A stretch of 64,000 nucleotides of DNA from Candidatus Saccharimonadota bacterium (GCA_017460625.1 JAFUAT010000003.1:222-64221), one strand, 5' to 3'. Positions 24,785 through 35,451 are shown, numbered from the stretch's first letter. Program-made: numbers and translations. The notes: generated by a model from the sequence alone, not told the origin.

Positions 24785-27700
24785 AAAAGACGACTAGAAA
24801 TAGAATAATTTTTGGCTTGTTTGTTGCTGCTGTTGGGATTTTTATTGTTTCTGTTGCAGTGATTAAAGATGTGATGGCGGTATCGGATCTTGAAAATAAA
24901 GTTTTAGCTTCTGAATTGGTCGATTGTTATAATTCTAAAATGCTCAAGTCGCCAGTGACGACTTCAACATTTCAGAATTATTATGGTGGGGGGGCAGATT
25001 CTTTTGTAAAGGGGAACAGCTGTCAAGAAACCGTAAAAGACGCGGCGGATTCTAGAGACATTTCACTGCCAAATAGTAAATCTAGTGCTGCGGATATCGA
25101 TACTTTTCTTACGGAGATGGGATACACGGGTGAGGGTGGTGCTTCCGGTGAATGTATTTCGTTTACATATAGTGGTGGAAAGGGTTCTGCTACCGTAACT
25201 ACGCAGTCGCAGAAAATTTGCGTTGAGTTGGACGAGAATGGAAATATTACTTCGGATAAGGCAAAGATTGAGAAGGGTAATAAAACACAGCTTCAAATTA
25301 GTAGTGGCAAGGGCACAATAACGATAGACTGTGCGGTCGGAAAGGGCGGGTATGGTGGATGTGGCGATGACGGTAAAGGTAAGTTTAAATTTAATAAGGG
25401 TGATAGTTGGGATGATTTAAAAAAGAGGATACTGGATAGTGTAGTTAGTAATGCTGCACAAGTTAAGCGTAGTGGTGCCACATTTACTTTAAATGGCTAT
25501 GGCACAGAGGCTGGTGCACAATTAAATGTGGATGATTATGGTATTATTTCTAAAAAATATACTTTAAAGTATGACGAAGACGCAATTAGAAAAGGGACGC
25601 TACTTCTGACTGGTACCGAGTACGGCACAAAACCAATCTTTACAAAAGAAGAGCAATTTGCGATTTCACAGGGATATTTGTTGAACTTCTATAATGCAGA
25701 TATTCAGTGTAATTGGACTAGTGATGAGATTTCGTATAATACGACTAAGAACGGATATAAACAAATTAGGTACTATGATGGGACTGAATTTAAAACTTGT
25801 TATGCGAAAGCACAAAAGAATGTAAGTGGTCTGGTGGATTGTTTCAATGATGATGGTACGATGGGCAAAAAATGTTCGTTTGATGCATTGACTGGAAACA
25901 TGAAAGATCCTAGTGTTACCACTTTTCCAACCTCGGCTACTTCTAATACTAATGGCTCTAATAGTGGCGGTGGAGCTGGTGGAACTGGTGGGATTTCTAC
26001 GAATCCGTTTCTTCCAAATACTCCCGCAAATCAAGCTATACTCTCGACAGAAGATATGGTAGATTGTAATGATTTGCAAGCAATAGGCTCAATGCAATGG
26101 GTGCTTTGTCCGACGATGAATAATATGGAATACACTGCATCGTGGATTGACAATAAGACACAAAATTGGTTGTCGGTCGATACGGAATTATACAGCGGTA
26201 GTGATATATATAATGTTTGGCAAAATATACGAAACGTAGCAAATGTTTTGATGATTTTGTTCTTAATTGTGGTTGTGATTTCGCAACTGACTGGATATGG
26301 GATTGATAATTATGGTATTAAGAAGATGCTACCTAGACTAATTGTGATGGCAGTAGTTATTAATTTGAGTTATTATATCTGTCAGCTTGCTATAGATGCG
26401 TCAAATATAGTTGGAGCTGGTCTTAGGGATATGTTTGGTGCGTTTGGTAATGCTTTGGGTAAGAATAGTGTTGGGGATGCGTCATTTATTGGTGGTGCAG
26501 TGACTGGGCTTTTTGCGGCAGCTGGAGGGGGTGGCAGCGCTGCAATTGGTGCTGGGATTACGGCTGCAACATTGGGGGCTGAGGCGGCTGTCGCTGTTGT
26601 AATAGCCGTGATTGTGCTTTCGGTAATTATACTAATTGCCGTGATGGTACTTTTCTTGATGCTTGGTGCAAGAGAGATAATCGTTGTGATGTGTGTAGTC
26701 TTGTCACCGCTTGCGTTTGCTGCTTTTATCTTACCTAATACCCAGAATTTGTTTAAGAAGTGGTGGGATTTATTTAAAGCAGCTATTATCATATTTCCAA
26801 TTTGTGGGGCGATGAGTGGAATTAGCTATATGCTTAGAGTAATGGCTCAAGGTTCGGAAATGGAATGGTATGCAATTGCGGTCGTGATGGTTTTGCCGTA
26901 TCTTGGATTTTTCTTAATACCAATACTGCTTAAGAATGCGCTTTCTGCGCTTGGAAAGATAGGTGGTGCGCTTACAGCGATGGGTGGTACCATCAAGAAT
27001 GGTGGGCGAGCGATGGTACAAGGTGGTATGAAGATAGCGCAAAATACGGAGGGATTCAAGAATGCGCAGGCTGAGACTTTGAGGAGGAGACAATCTGAAC
27101 TCTCAGATAAAACCATTAAGAAGCTAACCGCCCTAAAAGATCAACGTGAATTAACTAAGGACGAGACAAGGAAACTAGCACGTGCACATGAGACTAAGAA
27201 GAGACTAAACAGAGAGGATTTGGCATCTTCAGAGATATTATTAAATAAGGAGTATGGAGATAAATCACTTAGCCAGTTGATTGGATTAGCTGAAGAAGCT
27301 GGCAATGAGAAGGATTATGACAGGATGAACGCTCTCCATAATGTGATTTATAGTAGGTATGGTTCTGGCGGGGCTAAAGAAATTGCCGATTCTATTGCGA
27401 AAAATAAATTCTTTAAAGACGATGGGTCGGGTTTTGTTGACGACGGTAGTAAAGAAGATATGTTTAACGCTATACGTTCCAATTTTATGGACAATACTTC
27501 ATTGGCTGGCTCGGTAGCCAGTAAGGCTTCTGATGTATACCAAATGATGATGAATGGTGGTTATTATAATGATGGTTCTGGGGAGGCAAAGCGTGGCAAT
27601 ATAGATATGCATTCTAAATATAATGATATGATGACTCAGGATAAGGATAGGGCAACACAGGGTGGTTCGACTTTGAAGCGTGCATTCAAAAATGGGGCTA

Positions 27701-28194
27701 TGGATGCCGAAATCGCTGATAATATGCTCAATAGTAATGATCCAACGATACGCTCTGGTATTCTTTCTGATACTGGCAAAGCCAACATATTGATGGCGGC
27801 TAGTCAAGCAAAAACAGAGGGGAAGACTATTGATTGGAGCACAGTGGATAACGATACTTTGGCAAAGTATGCTGAAAGGTATAAAGCTTCGCACCCGTCA
27901 TTTGGGACGCAACAGCAACAGGCGAATGATGCGCTCATACGTGCTGCTGACACTCTAGAGAGAGCTGCTGGAAGTTTGGCCACTACCCAAGCTGTGGGCG
28001 GTGCTGGGCGAGAACCTGCTCCTCAGCCAAGCGGCCCTACGTCGCAACAACCTATTAACCCTAATCCGTTGCCTACCCAACAGCCCCAAGGAAATAGATA
28101 TGGAGCAGAAAATATACAGCAGCCAATAAGAAAAGTGAATAACTCTGGCGATAATAATAGTGGACGTGGGTTTAATAACGGAGCTGGAATCTAG
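24781..28194 (+). CDS. Large membrane protein with a VirB6/TrbL-like polytopic core and Cys-rich extracellular N-terminus
   Basis: WQNIRNVANVLMILF..ISQLTG.GIDNYGIKKMLPRLIV.AV.IN.SY, R.IIV...VVLSPLAF...LP.TQ.LFKKWW; Gly-rich region after the TM core. Confidence 0.62.
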   Translation: MKKTTRNRIIFGLFVAAVGIFIVSVAVIKDVMAVSDLENKVLASELVDCYNSKMLKSPVTTSTFQNYYGGGADSFVKGNSCQETVKDAADSRDISLPNSKSSAADIDTFLTEMGYTGEGGASGECISFTYSGGKGSATVTTQSQKICVELDENGNITSDKAKIEKGNKTQLQISSGKGTITIDCAVGKGGYGGCGDDGKGKFKFNKGDSWDDLKKRILDSVVSNAAQVKRSGATFTLNGYGTEAGAQLNVDDYGIISKKYTLKYDEDAIRKGTLLLTGTEYGTKPIFTKEEQFAISQGYLLNFYNADIQCNWTSDEISYNTTKNGYKQIRYYDGTEFKTCYAKAQKNVSGLVDCFNDDGTMGKKCSFDALTGNMKDPSVTTFPTSATSNTNGSNSGGGAGGTGGISTNPFLPNTPANQAILSTEDMVDCNDLQAIGSMQWVLCPTMNNMEYTASWIDNKTQNWLSVDTELYSGSDIYNVWQNIRNVANVLMILFLIVVVISQLTGYGIDNYGIKKMLPRLIVMAVVINLSYYICQLAIDASNIVGAGLRDMFGAFGNALGKNSVGDASFIGGAVTGLFAAAGGGGSAAIGAGITAATLGAEAAVAVVIAVIVLSVIILIAVMVLFLMLGAREIIVVMCVVLSPLAFAAFILPNTQNLFKKWWDLFKAAIIIFPICGAMSGISYMLRVMAQGSEMEWYAIAVVMVLPYLGFFLIPILLKNALSALGKIGGALTAMGGTIKNGGRAMVQGGMKIAQNTEGFKNAQAETLRRRQSELSDKTIKKLTALKDQRELTKDETRKLARAHETKKRLNREDLASSEILLNKEYGDKSLSQLIGLAEEAGNEKDYDRMNALHNVIYSRYGSGGAKEIADSIAKNKFFKDDGSGFVDDGSKEDMFNAIRSNFMDNTSLAGSVASKASDVYQMMMNGGYYNDGSGEAKRGNIDMHSKYNDMMTQDKDRATQGGSTLKRAFKNGAMDAEIADNMLNSNDPTIRSGILSDTGKANILMAASQAKTEGKTIDWSTVDNDTLAKYAERYKASHPSFGTQQQQANDALIRAADTLERAAGSLATTQAVGGAGREPAPQPSGPTSQQPINPNPLPTQQPQGNRYGAENIQQPIRKVNNSGDNNSGRGFNNGAGI

Positions 28195-28333
28195 AGTAGT
28201 ATAGGCCGATTTCGACAGGGGTGGCTATTGACTTTTTGGCATAAGTGTGATATAATAGTGGTATAGAGTGTTTTTGACAACACTGGTAGTTTTATAAGCT
28301 AAAGGAACTAATCTATTTCAGGAGGTGGGAAAA

Positions 28334-29341
28334 ATGAAGAAAGATCATGTAATTATCATCTTGATAAGTCTTGTGGTTGCCCTGATGGCGACGACTGTTG
28401 TACTGGTTATGAGAGATAGGAATAAGAAAGAAATTGAGGATACCCAAGCAACCAAGTCCATAGTTGAGCCTATACCGGAATCGAAAGAGGAGACGAAGGC
28501 TCCTGCTATCGCAACAAGAAAGGAAGAACCTGTTCAGGAGCCTAAGGAAGAAGAGCTTAAGGAGGAACCATCTAGAGAGACCATCCAAGAAGAACCGGTG
28601 GAAGACTACGACGAATATGAAGTGTATAAGGTTGACGAGGATTGGATACAATATTATTCAGGCATCAACAAATGCTTTGTAGTAGAGAGGGATGGTAATT
28701 TTTATGAACTTGGATGGGAATTGCCGGGAGATGTTGTGATAAAATACAATGTTGGCTGGCAGTATGATGTACCTTCGCCGGAAGGCATGACTTATCTCTG
28801 GTTAAATGATTATGCTGGAGAACTTGACATGCTTACAGGCGCTGCTGATGCAATGAGTACAGCGGGAGATTTCCCGGTATTCCAAATCAAGAAAGGCGAA
28901 AAAATACGGATATACTGTTCTTCTTTTATCGACACAATTGAAATGTCGAATGCCTTTTTCTATGGCTATACCGTAATGGCGGAAAAAATAAATTTCTTTT
29001 CACCTATGGATGATCATAGTCGGATTACTTTTGGTAGGAAGAATGGGGTGAGCGGTATGGAACTACTCAATATGGATGGTACGGCGGTCGAAGATGTACG
29101 TAATCTCAAGTATGGCGAAGAATACTTATATGTTTGGTATGAAGGTACGCAATATAACGAGATAAGGATGATAGCGAATAGTAAGACTTTTTCGATCGAT
29201 AAATCATCTTCTATGGCGCTGCCAGTTGAGCCTACTAAGGATGGTTACTTCTATGTTGATACCTCAGGGTTAACTTCTGGATTCTATATGTTAGGGGAAA
29301 GAGATGGTTTAGTAGAAATAGTAGATGAGTTTCACGATTAA
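28334..29341 (+). CDS. Hypothetical membrane-anchored protein with E/P/K-rich linker
   Basis: SD GGAGGT 28321-28326; promoter TTGACT(28228)-17-TATAAT(28251). Confidence 0.72.
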   Translation: MKKDHVIIILISLVVALMATTVVLVMRDRNKKEIEDTQATKSIVEPIPESKEETKAPAIATRKEEPVQEPKEEELKEEPSRETIQEEPVEDYDEYEVYKVDEDWIQYYSGINKCFVVERDGNFYELGWELPGDVVIKYNVGWQYDVPSPEGMTYLWLNDYAGELDMLTGAADAMSTAGDFPVFQIKKGEKIRIYCSSFIDTIEMSNAFFYGYTVMAEKINFFSPMDDHSRITFGRKNGVSGMELLNMDGTAVEDVRNLKYGEEYLYVWYEGTQYNEIRMIANSKTFSIDKSSSMALPVEPTKDGYFYVDTSGLTSGFYMLGERDGLVEIVDEFHD

Positions 29342-29354
29342 TGTTCCTTTAGCT

Positions 29355-29389
29355 AAACGCGCCCGAGCTAGCATTGCGGGCGCGTTTTT
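29355..29389 (+). terminator. Intrinsic terminator
   Basis: aaacgcgcccg...cgggcgcgttt followed by a T-run. Confidence 0.8.
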
Positions 29390-29416
29390 CATGCTTTTTG
29401 TGTTATAATATAAGAT

Positions 29417-30442
29417 ATGAAATCGTATGAAAATGTTTTTATTTCTAGTCTTACTACCATGCGAATTGGTGGGACAGCTAGACATGTTCTTGAAATTGAA
29501 TCGGAAAACGATATTCCGGAGGCTTATAATTTTGCGAGTGCTTATTGGTATCCTACATATATAATCGGTGGTGGTGCGAACACGATTGGACGGGACGAGG
29601 GACTTGATGGAGTGATTTTGTTAAACCGGTTGAGAGGGTTTAACGATAATAACGGCACTTTCACAATTATGGCTGGAGAAAATTGGGATACTATTGTAGA
29701 ATACGCGTGTGAAAAAGGTTACACTGGGATTGAAGCACTTTCACGAATTCCGGGTTTAGTTGGTGCGGCGCCGGTGCAAAACATTGGAGCTTATGGTCAG
29801 GATATTTCGGGAGTATTTAAATCGGCAAGAGCCTACGATACGGCAACGCATTCTTTTATTACGCTTGAAAAAAAAGATATGCAATTCGCTTATCGTAAAA
29901 GTATTATGAATACAATGATGAAAGGACGTTTTTTTATCATTTCGGTGACTTTGGAGTTGAAAAAAGGTCAAATGACGCGACCGTTTTATAATTCGGTGGA
30001 GAAATACATTGAAGATTACGGGGCAACGGATTTTTCACCAAAAGGGATGCGGGGAATTGTTTCGGCGCTTAGGGCGGATAAATTACCAGATCCGAGAGAA
30101 AAAGCTTCGAGCGGTTCGTTTTTTAAAAATGTTTATCTTGATCCAATTGAGTCGGAGAAAGCTGAAGAAAAAGGATATCCGGTACATAGAGGGCGTGATG
30201 GAAATAAAATTAATTCGGCATGGTTTATTGAGCAGTGTGGTTTTAAGGGGCAATTATTGTATGGTATGCGGGTGAATCCGAAAGCACCGCTTGTCCTTAT
30301 TAATGAATCGGCAGGAACTTATGCGAACTTGGCGCGGGCAAGAGCGATGATTACTAGCACAATTTATGATAAATTTGGTTATTGGCTTGAGCAGGAGCCA
30401 GTGGAGATTATTAATACAAAAAATCGTGGAGCGCAGAGATAA
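29417..30442 (+). CDS. murB: UDP-N-acetylenolpyruvoylglucosamine reductase
   Basis: TTMRIGG.A, IGGGAN, IPGLVGAAPVQNIGAYG, FAYRKS, SSGSFFKN, LEQEP. Confidence 0.93.
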   Translation: MKSYENVFISSLTTMRIGGTARHVLEIESENDIPEAYNFASAYWYPTYIIGGGANTIGRDEGLDGVILLNRLRGFNDNNGTFTIMAGENWDTIVEYACEKGYTGIEALSRIPGLVGAAPVQNIGAYGQDISGVFKSARAYDTATHSFITLEKKDMQFAYRKSIMNTMMKGRFFIISVTLELKKGQMTRPFYNSVEKYIEDYGATDFSPKGMRGIVSALRADKLPDPREKASSGSFFKNVYLDPIESEKAEEKGYPVHRGRDGNKINSAWFIEQCGFKGQLLYGMRVNPKAPLVLINESAGTYANLARARAMITSTIYDKFGYWLEQEPVEIINTKNRGAQR

Positions 30443-30463
30443 AACTAGATTTCTGGAGATTAT

Positions 30464-31264
30464 ATGAAGATTCTGAATGGAAAAGAGCTGGCTGGTTTTA
30501 TTAAAGAGCGGCAAGCCACTTTAATACAACAAATTGGGACTGGCGCTCGACGTCCAAAATTACTGATTATTCGAGATTCGGATAATCCGGTGATTGTGAA
30601 ATATGTGAAATTAAAGATGGCTTATGGTGAAGATATCGGAGTATTAGTGGAAGATTTTAAGGCAAAGTCTTCTGAAGATATCAGAGAGAAGATTTTGCTA
30701 GCGAATACTGATGATACAGTTGATGGGATAATTTTGCAACTTCCAATAATTGAAAAAGAGAAGACGGATGAGCTGACCGATCTGATTGCGCCGGAGAAGG
30801 ACGTGGATGGGTTATCTTCTGATGGGGTATTTGACTCAGCAACAGCAACAGCGATTTGGTGGCTGCTTACTGGTTATGGGATAGAGCTTGCTGGGAAAAA
30901 GACTGCGATTGTAGGGAGAGGAAAATTAGTGGGTGCGCCACTATTTAAAATGTTTTTCGACTCTAAAATGCCAGTAGAAATGTTTCATAGAGGCTCGGAC
31001 TTGACAAAACTTAAGGATTTTGATATAATCATAAGCGCAACTGGTTCTGCCGGTTTGATTCTTGATGAATACGTAAAAAGTGGTGCTGTAGTAGTGGATG
31101 CTGGTACGGCGAGTGAAAACGGTGTTCTCGTGGGGGATGTTTCTAAAAAAGTACGAGACCGTACAGATTTAGTAGCGATTACGCCGATAGTTGGTGGGGT
31201 GGGACCACTTACGATTACTTGTTTGTTTGAACATTTGCTCGATGCTTTCTTTAAGAAAGCATAA
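30464..31264 (+). CDS. folD: Methylenetetrahydrofolate dehydrogenase/cyclohydrolase
   Basis: ILNGKELA, YVKLK, GIILQLP, PEKDVDG, IVGRGKLVGAP, GGVGPLT. Confidence 0.9.
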   Translation: MKILNGKELAGFIKERQATLIQQIGTGARRPKLLIIRDSDNPVIVKYVKLKMAYGEDIGVLVEDFKAKSSEDIREKILLANTDDTVDGIILQLPIIEKEKTDELTDLIAPEKDVDGLSSDGVFDSATATAIWWLLTGYGIELAGKKTAIVGRGKLVGAPLFKMFFDSKMPVEMFHRGSDLTKLKDFDIIISATGSAGLILDEYVKSGAVVVDAGTASENGVLVGDVSKKVRDRTDLVAITPIVGGVGPLTITCLFEHLLDAFFKKA

Positions 31265-31370
31265 GCGTGGGGTGGGGGGTTGATTTTTAATTTTTGCTAT
31301 GCTATAAGGGGTGGCAGGAAATAGGTGCGGGCGTAGTTTAAAATAAACGTGGGAGGAGAAAGGAGGTTGT

Positions 31371-31442
31371 ATGCAAATAGAACTGGAAGAAATGAAGGTA
31401 ACTATTAAGCTAAAAATTACTTCTGCTAAAAAGCAGAAGTAA
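31371..31442 (+). CDS. 23-aa small ORF (MQIELEEMKVTIKLKITSAKKQK) in a type-I-TA-like locus
   Basis: AAGGAGGT SD; sense promoter TTGATT(31280)-17-TATAAG(31303); antisense promoter just downstream. Confidence 0.55.
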   Translation: MQIELEEMKVTIKLKITSAKKQK

Positions 31443-31457
31443 AACAACCATAGTTTT

Positions 31458-31486
31458 ATCCTACCATACACAGCTGTAAAAGTCAA
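31458..31486 (-). promoter_or_regulatory. Antisense promoter firing across the small ORF
   Basis: Minus strand TTGACT (31481-31486), 17 bp, TG-extended TAGGAT (31458-31463). Confidence 0.55.
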
Positions 31487-31548
31487 CGCCTATTTCCTGT
31501 TGAGTAGTTTTATGCTACAATAATATTAACTATAAAACGAGGTAAAAT

Positions 31549-32580
31549 ATGGCAAAAAAAGATGCGGATAAGGGTGCGGACAAAAATACTACTAAGTCTG
31601 ATGATGGCAAAAGTGAGGCTTTAAAGCTGGCGATTGCGCAGATTACGAAGCAGTTTGGTGATGGTTCTATTATGAAACTTGGTGAGACACCAAAAATGGA
31701 TGTGCAGTTGCTGCCTTCTGGATCGTTAGCTCTAGATTTGGCGCTTGGTGGTGGTTGGCCAAAGGGAAGAATTATTGAAATATATGGGCCCGAATCTTCT
31801 GGTAAGACGACTTTGGCGCTTCATGCAATTGCGGAGATTCAGAAGCAAGGTGGGCAAGCGGCGTTTATCGATGCAGAGCATGCTCTAGATCCTGCTTATG
31901 CTAAGAAAATCGGTGTTGATACGGGTAATTTGCTGATTTCTCAGCCGGATAATGGCGAGCAGGCTTTGGAGATTTGTGAAACTTTGGTGCGCTCAAATGC
32001 AGTTGACCTTATTGTGGTGGATTCTGTAGCTGCTCTTGTGCCACAGGCAGAAATTGATGGCGATATGGGTGATGCACAGATGGGGCTTCAGGCTAGGCTT
32101 ATGAGTCAGGCAATGCGTAAGCTTACAGGGATTATTTCTAAATCTCGGGCGACGGTGATATTTATTAACCAGATCCGGATGAAGATTGGCGTGATGTTTG
32201 GTAATCCAGAGACTACGACTGGCGGCAATGCGCTGAAATTTTATGCTTCCGTAAGGGTGGATATTCGCAGAATTGGACAAATTAAAGACGGTGATAATGT
32301 TGCTGGTAACCGTACCAAGATTAAGGTTGTTAAAAATAAGATTGCAGCGCCATTTAGAACGGCTGAATTTGATATTATGTACAATGAAGGGATTTCTAAA
32401 ACTGGTGATGTGTTAGATCTTGGCGTGGAATATGGAGTACTAGAAAAGGCTGGCGCATTCTTTAAATATAATGGTGAAACGATTGGGCAAGGACGCGAAG
32501 CCGTGAAAAGATTGTTTGCGGAAAAACCGGAGCTAATGAAAGAAATCGAAGCTCAGGTGCGGGAAAAAGCTGGAGCCTAG
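31549..32580 (+). CDS. recA: Recombinase RecA
   Basis: [48 protein letters not shown]. Confidence 0.99.
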   Translation: MAKKDADKGADKNTTKSDDGKSEALKLAIAQITKQFGDGSIMKLGETPKMDVQLLPSGSLALDLALGGGWPKGRIIEIYGPESSGKTTLALHAIAEIQKQGGQAAFIDAEHALDPAYAKKIGVDTGNLLISQPDNGEQALEICETLVRSNAVDLIVVDSVAALVPQAEIDGDMGDAQMGLQARLMSQAMRKLTGIISKSRATVIFINQIRMKIGVMFGNPETTTGGNALKFYASVRVDIRRIGQIKDGDNVAGNRTKIKVVKNKIAAPFRTAEFDIMYNEGISKTGDVLDLGVEYGVLEKAGAFFKYNGETIGQGREAVKRLFAEKPELMKEIEAQVREKAGA

Positions 32581-32616
32581 ACGTTTTTAGGATTAGATTT
32601 ATTAGGAGGAGATTTT

Positions 32617-33171
32617 ATGCACAAAAATGAAAAATGGCAATTATTTTACAATAACGGCGAACCGATTCCCGGTAAATGGCGCTCGGCAGAATTGGATAAT
32701 CCTGAAGCTGGCGAAGATGAAATTGTAGGTGGTGCGGTGATTTATCTTTATCGCAAAAATCAAGCAGGCGAAATAGAACTTTTGTGGCAGCAGAGAGCAA
32801 TGGGAATTAGAAATTTTCCGGGTAAATGGGATGTGTCAGCAGGCGGACATGTAAATTTTGGTGAATCTTTTGGTGAAGCGGCAGTACGTGAGGCTATGGA
32901 GGAGATTGGGGTGGAAATATCCGTGGATAAGCTCGAGGTGGTAGCCCTAAGGAGAAACCGAAAGAATATGGTAAATTTGATTTATCTGGTAGATTGGACT
33001 GGACGAGAAGAAAACTTTAAGTTTGACGATGGGGAGGTATCGCAAGTAAGATGGGTCCCTCTAGCCGAGACGGACAGTTTCCGAAAAGAGTTTGGTAAGC
33101 CGCCGGTGGCAGAAGATGATGCGACTTATATCTCAATCCAGAAATGGTTTAAAGATAATGGAAATTTATAA
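32617..33171 (+). CDS. NUDIX hydrolase
   Basis: Nudix box GGHVNFGESFGEAAVREAMEEIG. Confidence 0.9.
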   Translation: MHKNEKWQLFYNNGEPIPGKWRSAELDNPEAGEDEIVGGAVIYLYRKNQAGEIELLWQQRAMGIRNFPGKWDVSAGGHVNFGESFGEAAVREAMEEIGVEISVDKLEVVALRRNRKNMVNLIYLVDWTGREENFKFDDGEVSQVRWVPLAETDSFRKEFGKPPVAEDDATYISIQKWFKDNGNL

Positions 33172-33844
33172 ATTATCCGATAAAATTGATGAGAAATCAT
33201 CTAAGAGCAGTGATGATTCGGAAATTTTGAAAATTACAGATTTGAAACAGGGGGTAAAAAATCCAGATAGGGTGAATGTTTTTGTGAATGATGATTTTGC
33301 GTTTTCTCTGGACGTGGCGCAAGTGGTGGATTTGAAAATCAAAAAAGGCCGTATAATTACAGAAGAAGAACTGGTGGAACTAACGAAAGCTTCGGAGTTT
33401 GGAAAACTGTATCAAAGGACCTTGGAATGGGTACTCATGAGGCCACGAAGCGTAAGGGAAACATCAGATTACCTAAGTAAGAAAATTTTTGAAAAAAAGT
33501 TAGACAATAGTTTTTTAAAAATAATCATTGAAAAACTCGAAAAAAAGAACTATCTAGATGATTATCGGTTTGCCAAGTGGTACATAGGGAACCGGTTTTT
33601 TAAAAAAGGAGTTTCTTCTAAAAGGCTAAAAATGGAGCTTTTTAAAAAAGGTATTTCGAAAGAAATAATTGAACAAGTTTTGGTGGACTCTGATAGGGAT
33701 GATGTAAGTGAAATTAAAAAAGTTATTTTAAAGAAGCGTTCGAAATACCCAGACGATGAGAAGCTTATTTCGTATCTATGTCGGCAGGGTTTTCCGTTTG
33801 AGCTTTCGCGGGAGATGGTTCTTGAGTCTTCCGAAATGGATTAA
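33158..33844 (+). CDS. recX: Regulatory protein RecX
   Basis: LMRPRSVRE, YLDDYRFA, KRLKMELFKKGI, KLISYL.RQGF; downstream of recA. Confidence 0.88.
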   Translation: MEIYKLSDKIDEKSSKSSDDSEILKITDLKQGVKNPDRVNVFVNDDFAFSLDVAQVVDLKIKKGRIITEEELVELTKASEFGKLYQRTLEWVLMRPRSVRETSDYLSKKIFEKKLDNSFLKIIIEKLEKKNYLDDYRFAKWYIGNRFFKKGVSSKRLKMELFKKGISKEIIEQVLVDSDRDDVSEIKKVILKKRSKYPDDEKLISYLCRQGFPFELSREMVLESSEMD

Positions 33845-34376
33845 CAAAATTTGGGATAAAATCTTCTTTAAGTGCGCGTTCTTTGATAACTTTTTCTTCA
33901 TCGCGAACGATGATTTTATAATCTGTAACTTCGACAATTTCAGAGCGCGGTATAGTAAGCTCTGGATCCAAAAAGCTTTTGACAACGGGGCGTTTGACGA
34001 TGATTTGTTGTAAAGACAAATTGTCGTCTGTAACGGTATAATCTATAACGCGACCGAGTTTGGACCCCTTTTTGGTTTCTACCTTTAAGCCATTAATCTC
34101 GAAATTTAGATCAATTACTTTTTCTATTTTGACGACGTCGGATTTGCTGATTAGCTCGTCGCGGGAATCGATGACAACGCCATAATTAGAATATTCGCGA
34201 ATGGAACGGGCATCTAAGATATTGCCGCCATCTGGACCGACTGCACCGTAAGTCATAAAGGCAATGATTTTGAGCGAATCTGGGTCGATGATAGATTTAG
34301 ATAAGGTACCGATTCTACCAGAATCTTGCATACTTAAAATAGGCAGATTCATTAAATTAGAATTTTTGATTAACAT
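33765..34376 (-). CDS. Tandem PRC-barrel domain protein
   Basis: Two LP(I/V)...G..IG.V.D.IID repeats. Confidence 0.7.
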   Translation of the reverse strand: MLIKNSNLMNLPILSMQDSGRIGTLSKSIIDPDSLKIIAFMTYGAVGPDGGNILDARSIREYSNYGVVIDSRDELISKSDVVKIEKVIDLNFEINGLKVETKKGSKLGRVIDYTVTDDNLSLQQIIVKRPVVKSFLDPELTIPRSEIVEVTDYKIIVRDEEKVIKERALKEDFIPNFVNPFRKTQEPSPAKAQTENPADIDTK

Positions 34377-34462
34377 ACCTTAATTATAGCATAAAAATAT
34401 TTTTCTTCGCGGTTGACTTCGCTTTTAGGCTTATCAAAATGCTCAGAAAAATATTTTTTATA

Positions 34463-34729
34463 CTATTTTCGAAGGCCAAGCTTGGCAACAGTTTTCTTGT
34501 ATAGCTCGAAGTTGGTCTCTTCTAGGTACTTTAGTAATTTTTTGCGTTTACCTACCATTTGGATGAGACCGCGTTTAGCCATAAAGTCATGTTTATTATT
34601 CTTAACATGCTCAGTAACTTCTTTGATACGAGCGGTAAGAATAGCCACTTGAACTTCAGGAGAACCAACGTCTGCCTTGTTACGAGCAACGCTGGCAATA
34701 GCTTTGTTCTTATTCTCTTTTGTTATCAT
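34463..34729 (-). CDS. rpsO: 30S ribosomal protein S15
   Basis: DVGSPEVQVAILT.RI..VTEH...KHDF...RGL..MVGKRKKLLKYL. Confidence 0.97.
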   Translation of the reverse strand: MITKENKNKAIASVARNKADVGSPEVQVAILTARIKEVTEHVKNNKHDFMAKRGLIQMVGKRKKLLKYLEETNFELYKKTVAKLGLRK

Positions 34730-34770
34730 AGTATGTCTATTATATCACAGATTTATGATATAATCAAGGG

Positions 34771-35451
34771 GTGAATGATTCTGAAGACAGGATAATTTTA
34801 GTAGATAAGCCAGCGGGGATTTCTTCTTTTGGGGTGGTGGCAAAAATAAGATGGCTTTTAAAACAGAAGTTCGGGCATAAGGTAAAAGTTGGACATGCTG
34901 GGACTTTGGATCCGTTTGCGACGGGGCTTTTGATTTTGCTGACAGGGAAAATGACAAAAAAATCTGGGGAATTTTTGAAACTCGATAAAGTTTATGAAGC
35001 AACTATTAAACTTGGGTATGTGTCATCTACAGGGGATCCGGAGGGAGAGATTCGATCTTATTCTCCGAATCACCCTAGGTTGGATTTTATTGAATCTGTT
35101 CTTCGTGATTTTGTAGGGGAGATAGAACAGACACCACCGAGATTTTCGGCGATCAAGATTAATGGGGAAAGAGCGTATAAATTAGCAAGAAAAGGGAAAG
35201 AATTTGAAATGCCGGCTAGGAGGGTGAAAATTTACGATATCTCGGTGTTAGACTATAATTATCCGGAGCTAAAGATTTTGTGTCATGTGTCGTCGGGAAC
35301 GTATATTCGAAGTCTGGCGGAAGATATTGGAACAAAACTGGGAACTGGGGCATACTGCTTAGAACTTCGACGACTGAAAATTGGAGATTTAGACGTTAAA
35401 GATGCTGAGAAAATAGTATTTAAAAAGAGTCTGAAACAAGAAAAAAATTAA
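34771..35451 (+). CDS. truB: tRNA pseudouridine(55) synthase
   Basis: DKPAGISS, KVGHAGTLDPFATG, PPRFSAIKING, VSSGTYIRSLA. Confidence 0.96.
   Translation: MNDSEDRIILVDKPAGISSFGVVAKIRWLLKQKFGHKVKVGHAGTLDPFATGLLILLTGKMTKKSGEFLKLDKVYEATIKLGYVSSTGDPEGEIRSYSPNHPRLDFIESVLRDFVGEIEQTPPRFSAIKINGERAYKLARKGKEFEMPARRVKIYDISVLDYNYPELKILCHVSSGTYIRSLAEDIGTKLGTGAYCLELRRLKIGDLDVKDAEKIVFKKSLKQEKN

Noticed and set aside
31490-31548. LexA/SOS box before recA
   Set aside because: No recognisable CTGT-N8-ACAG or GAAC-N4-GTTC site in the promoter.
34739-34764. 9-bp inverted repeat between rpsO and truB
   Set aside because: Fully explained by two divergent TGATATAAT promoter motifs.
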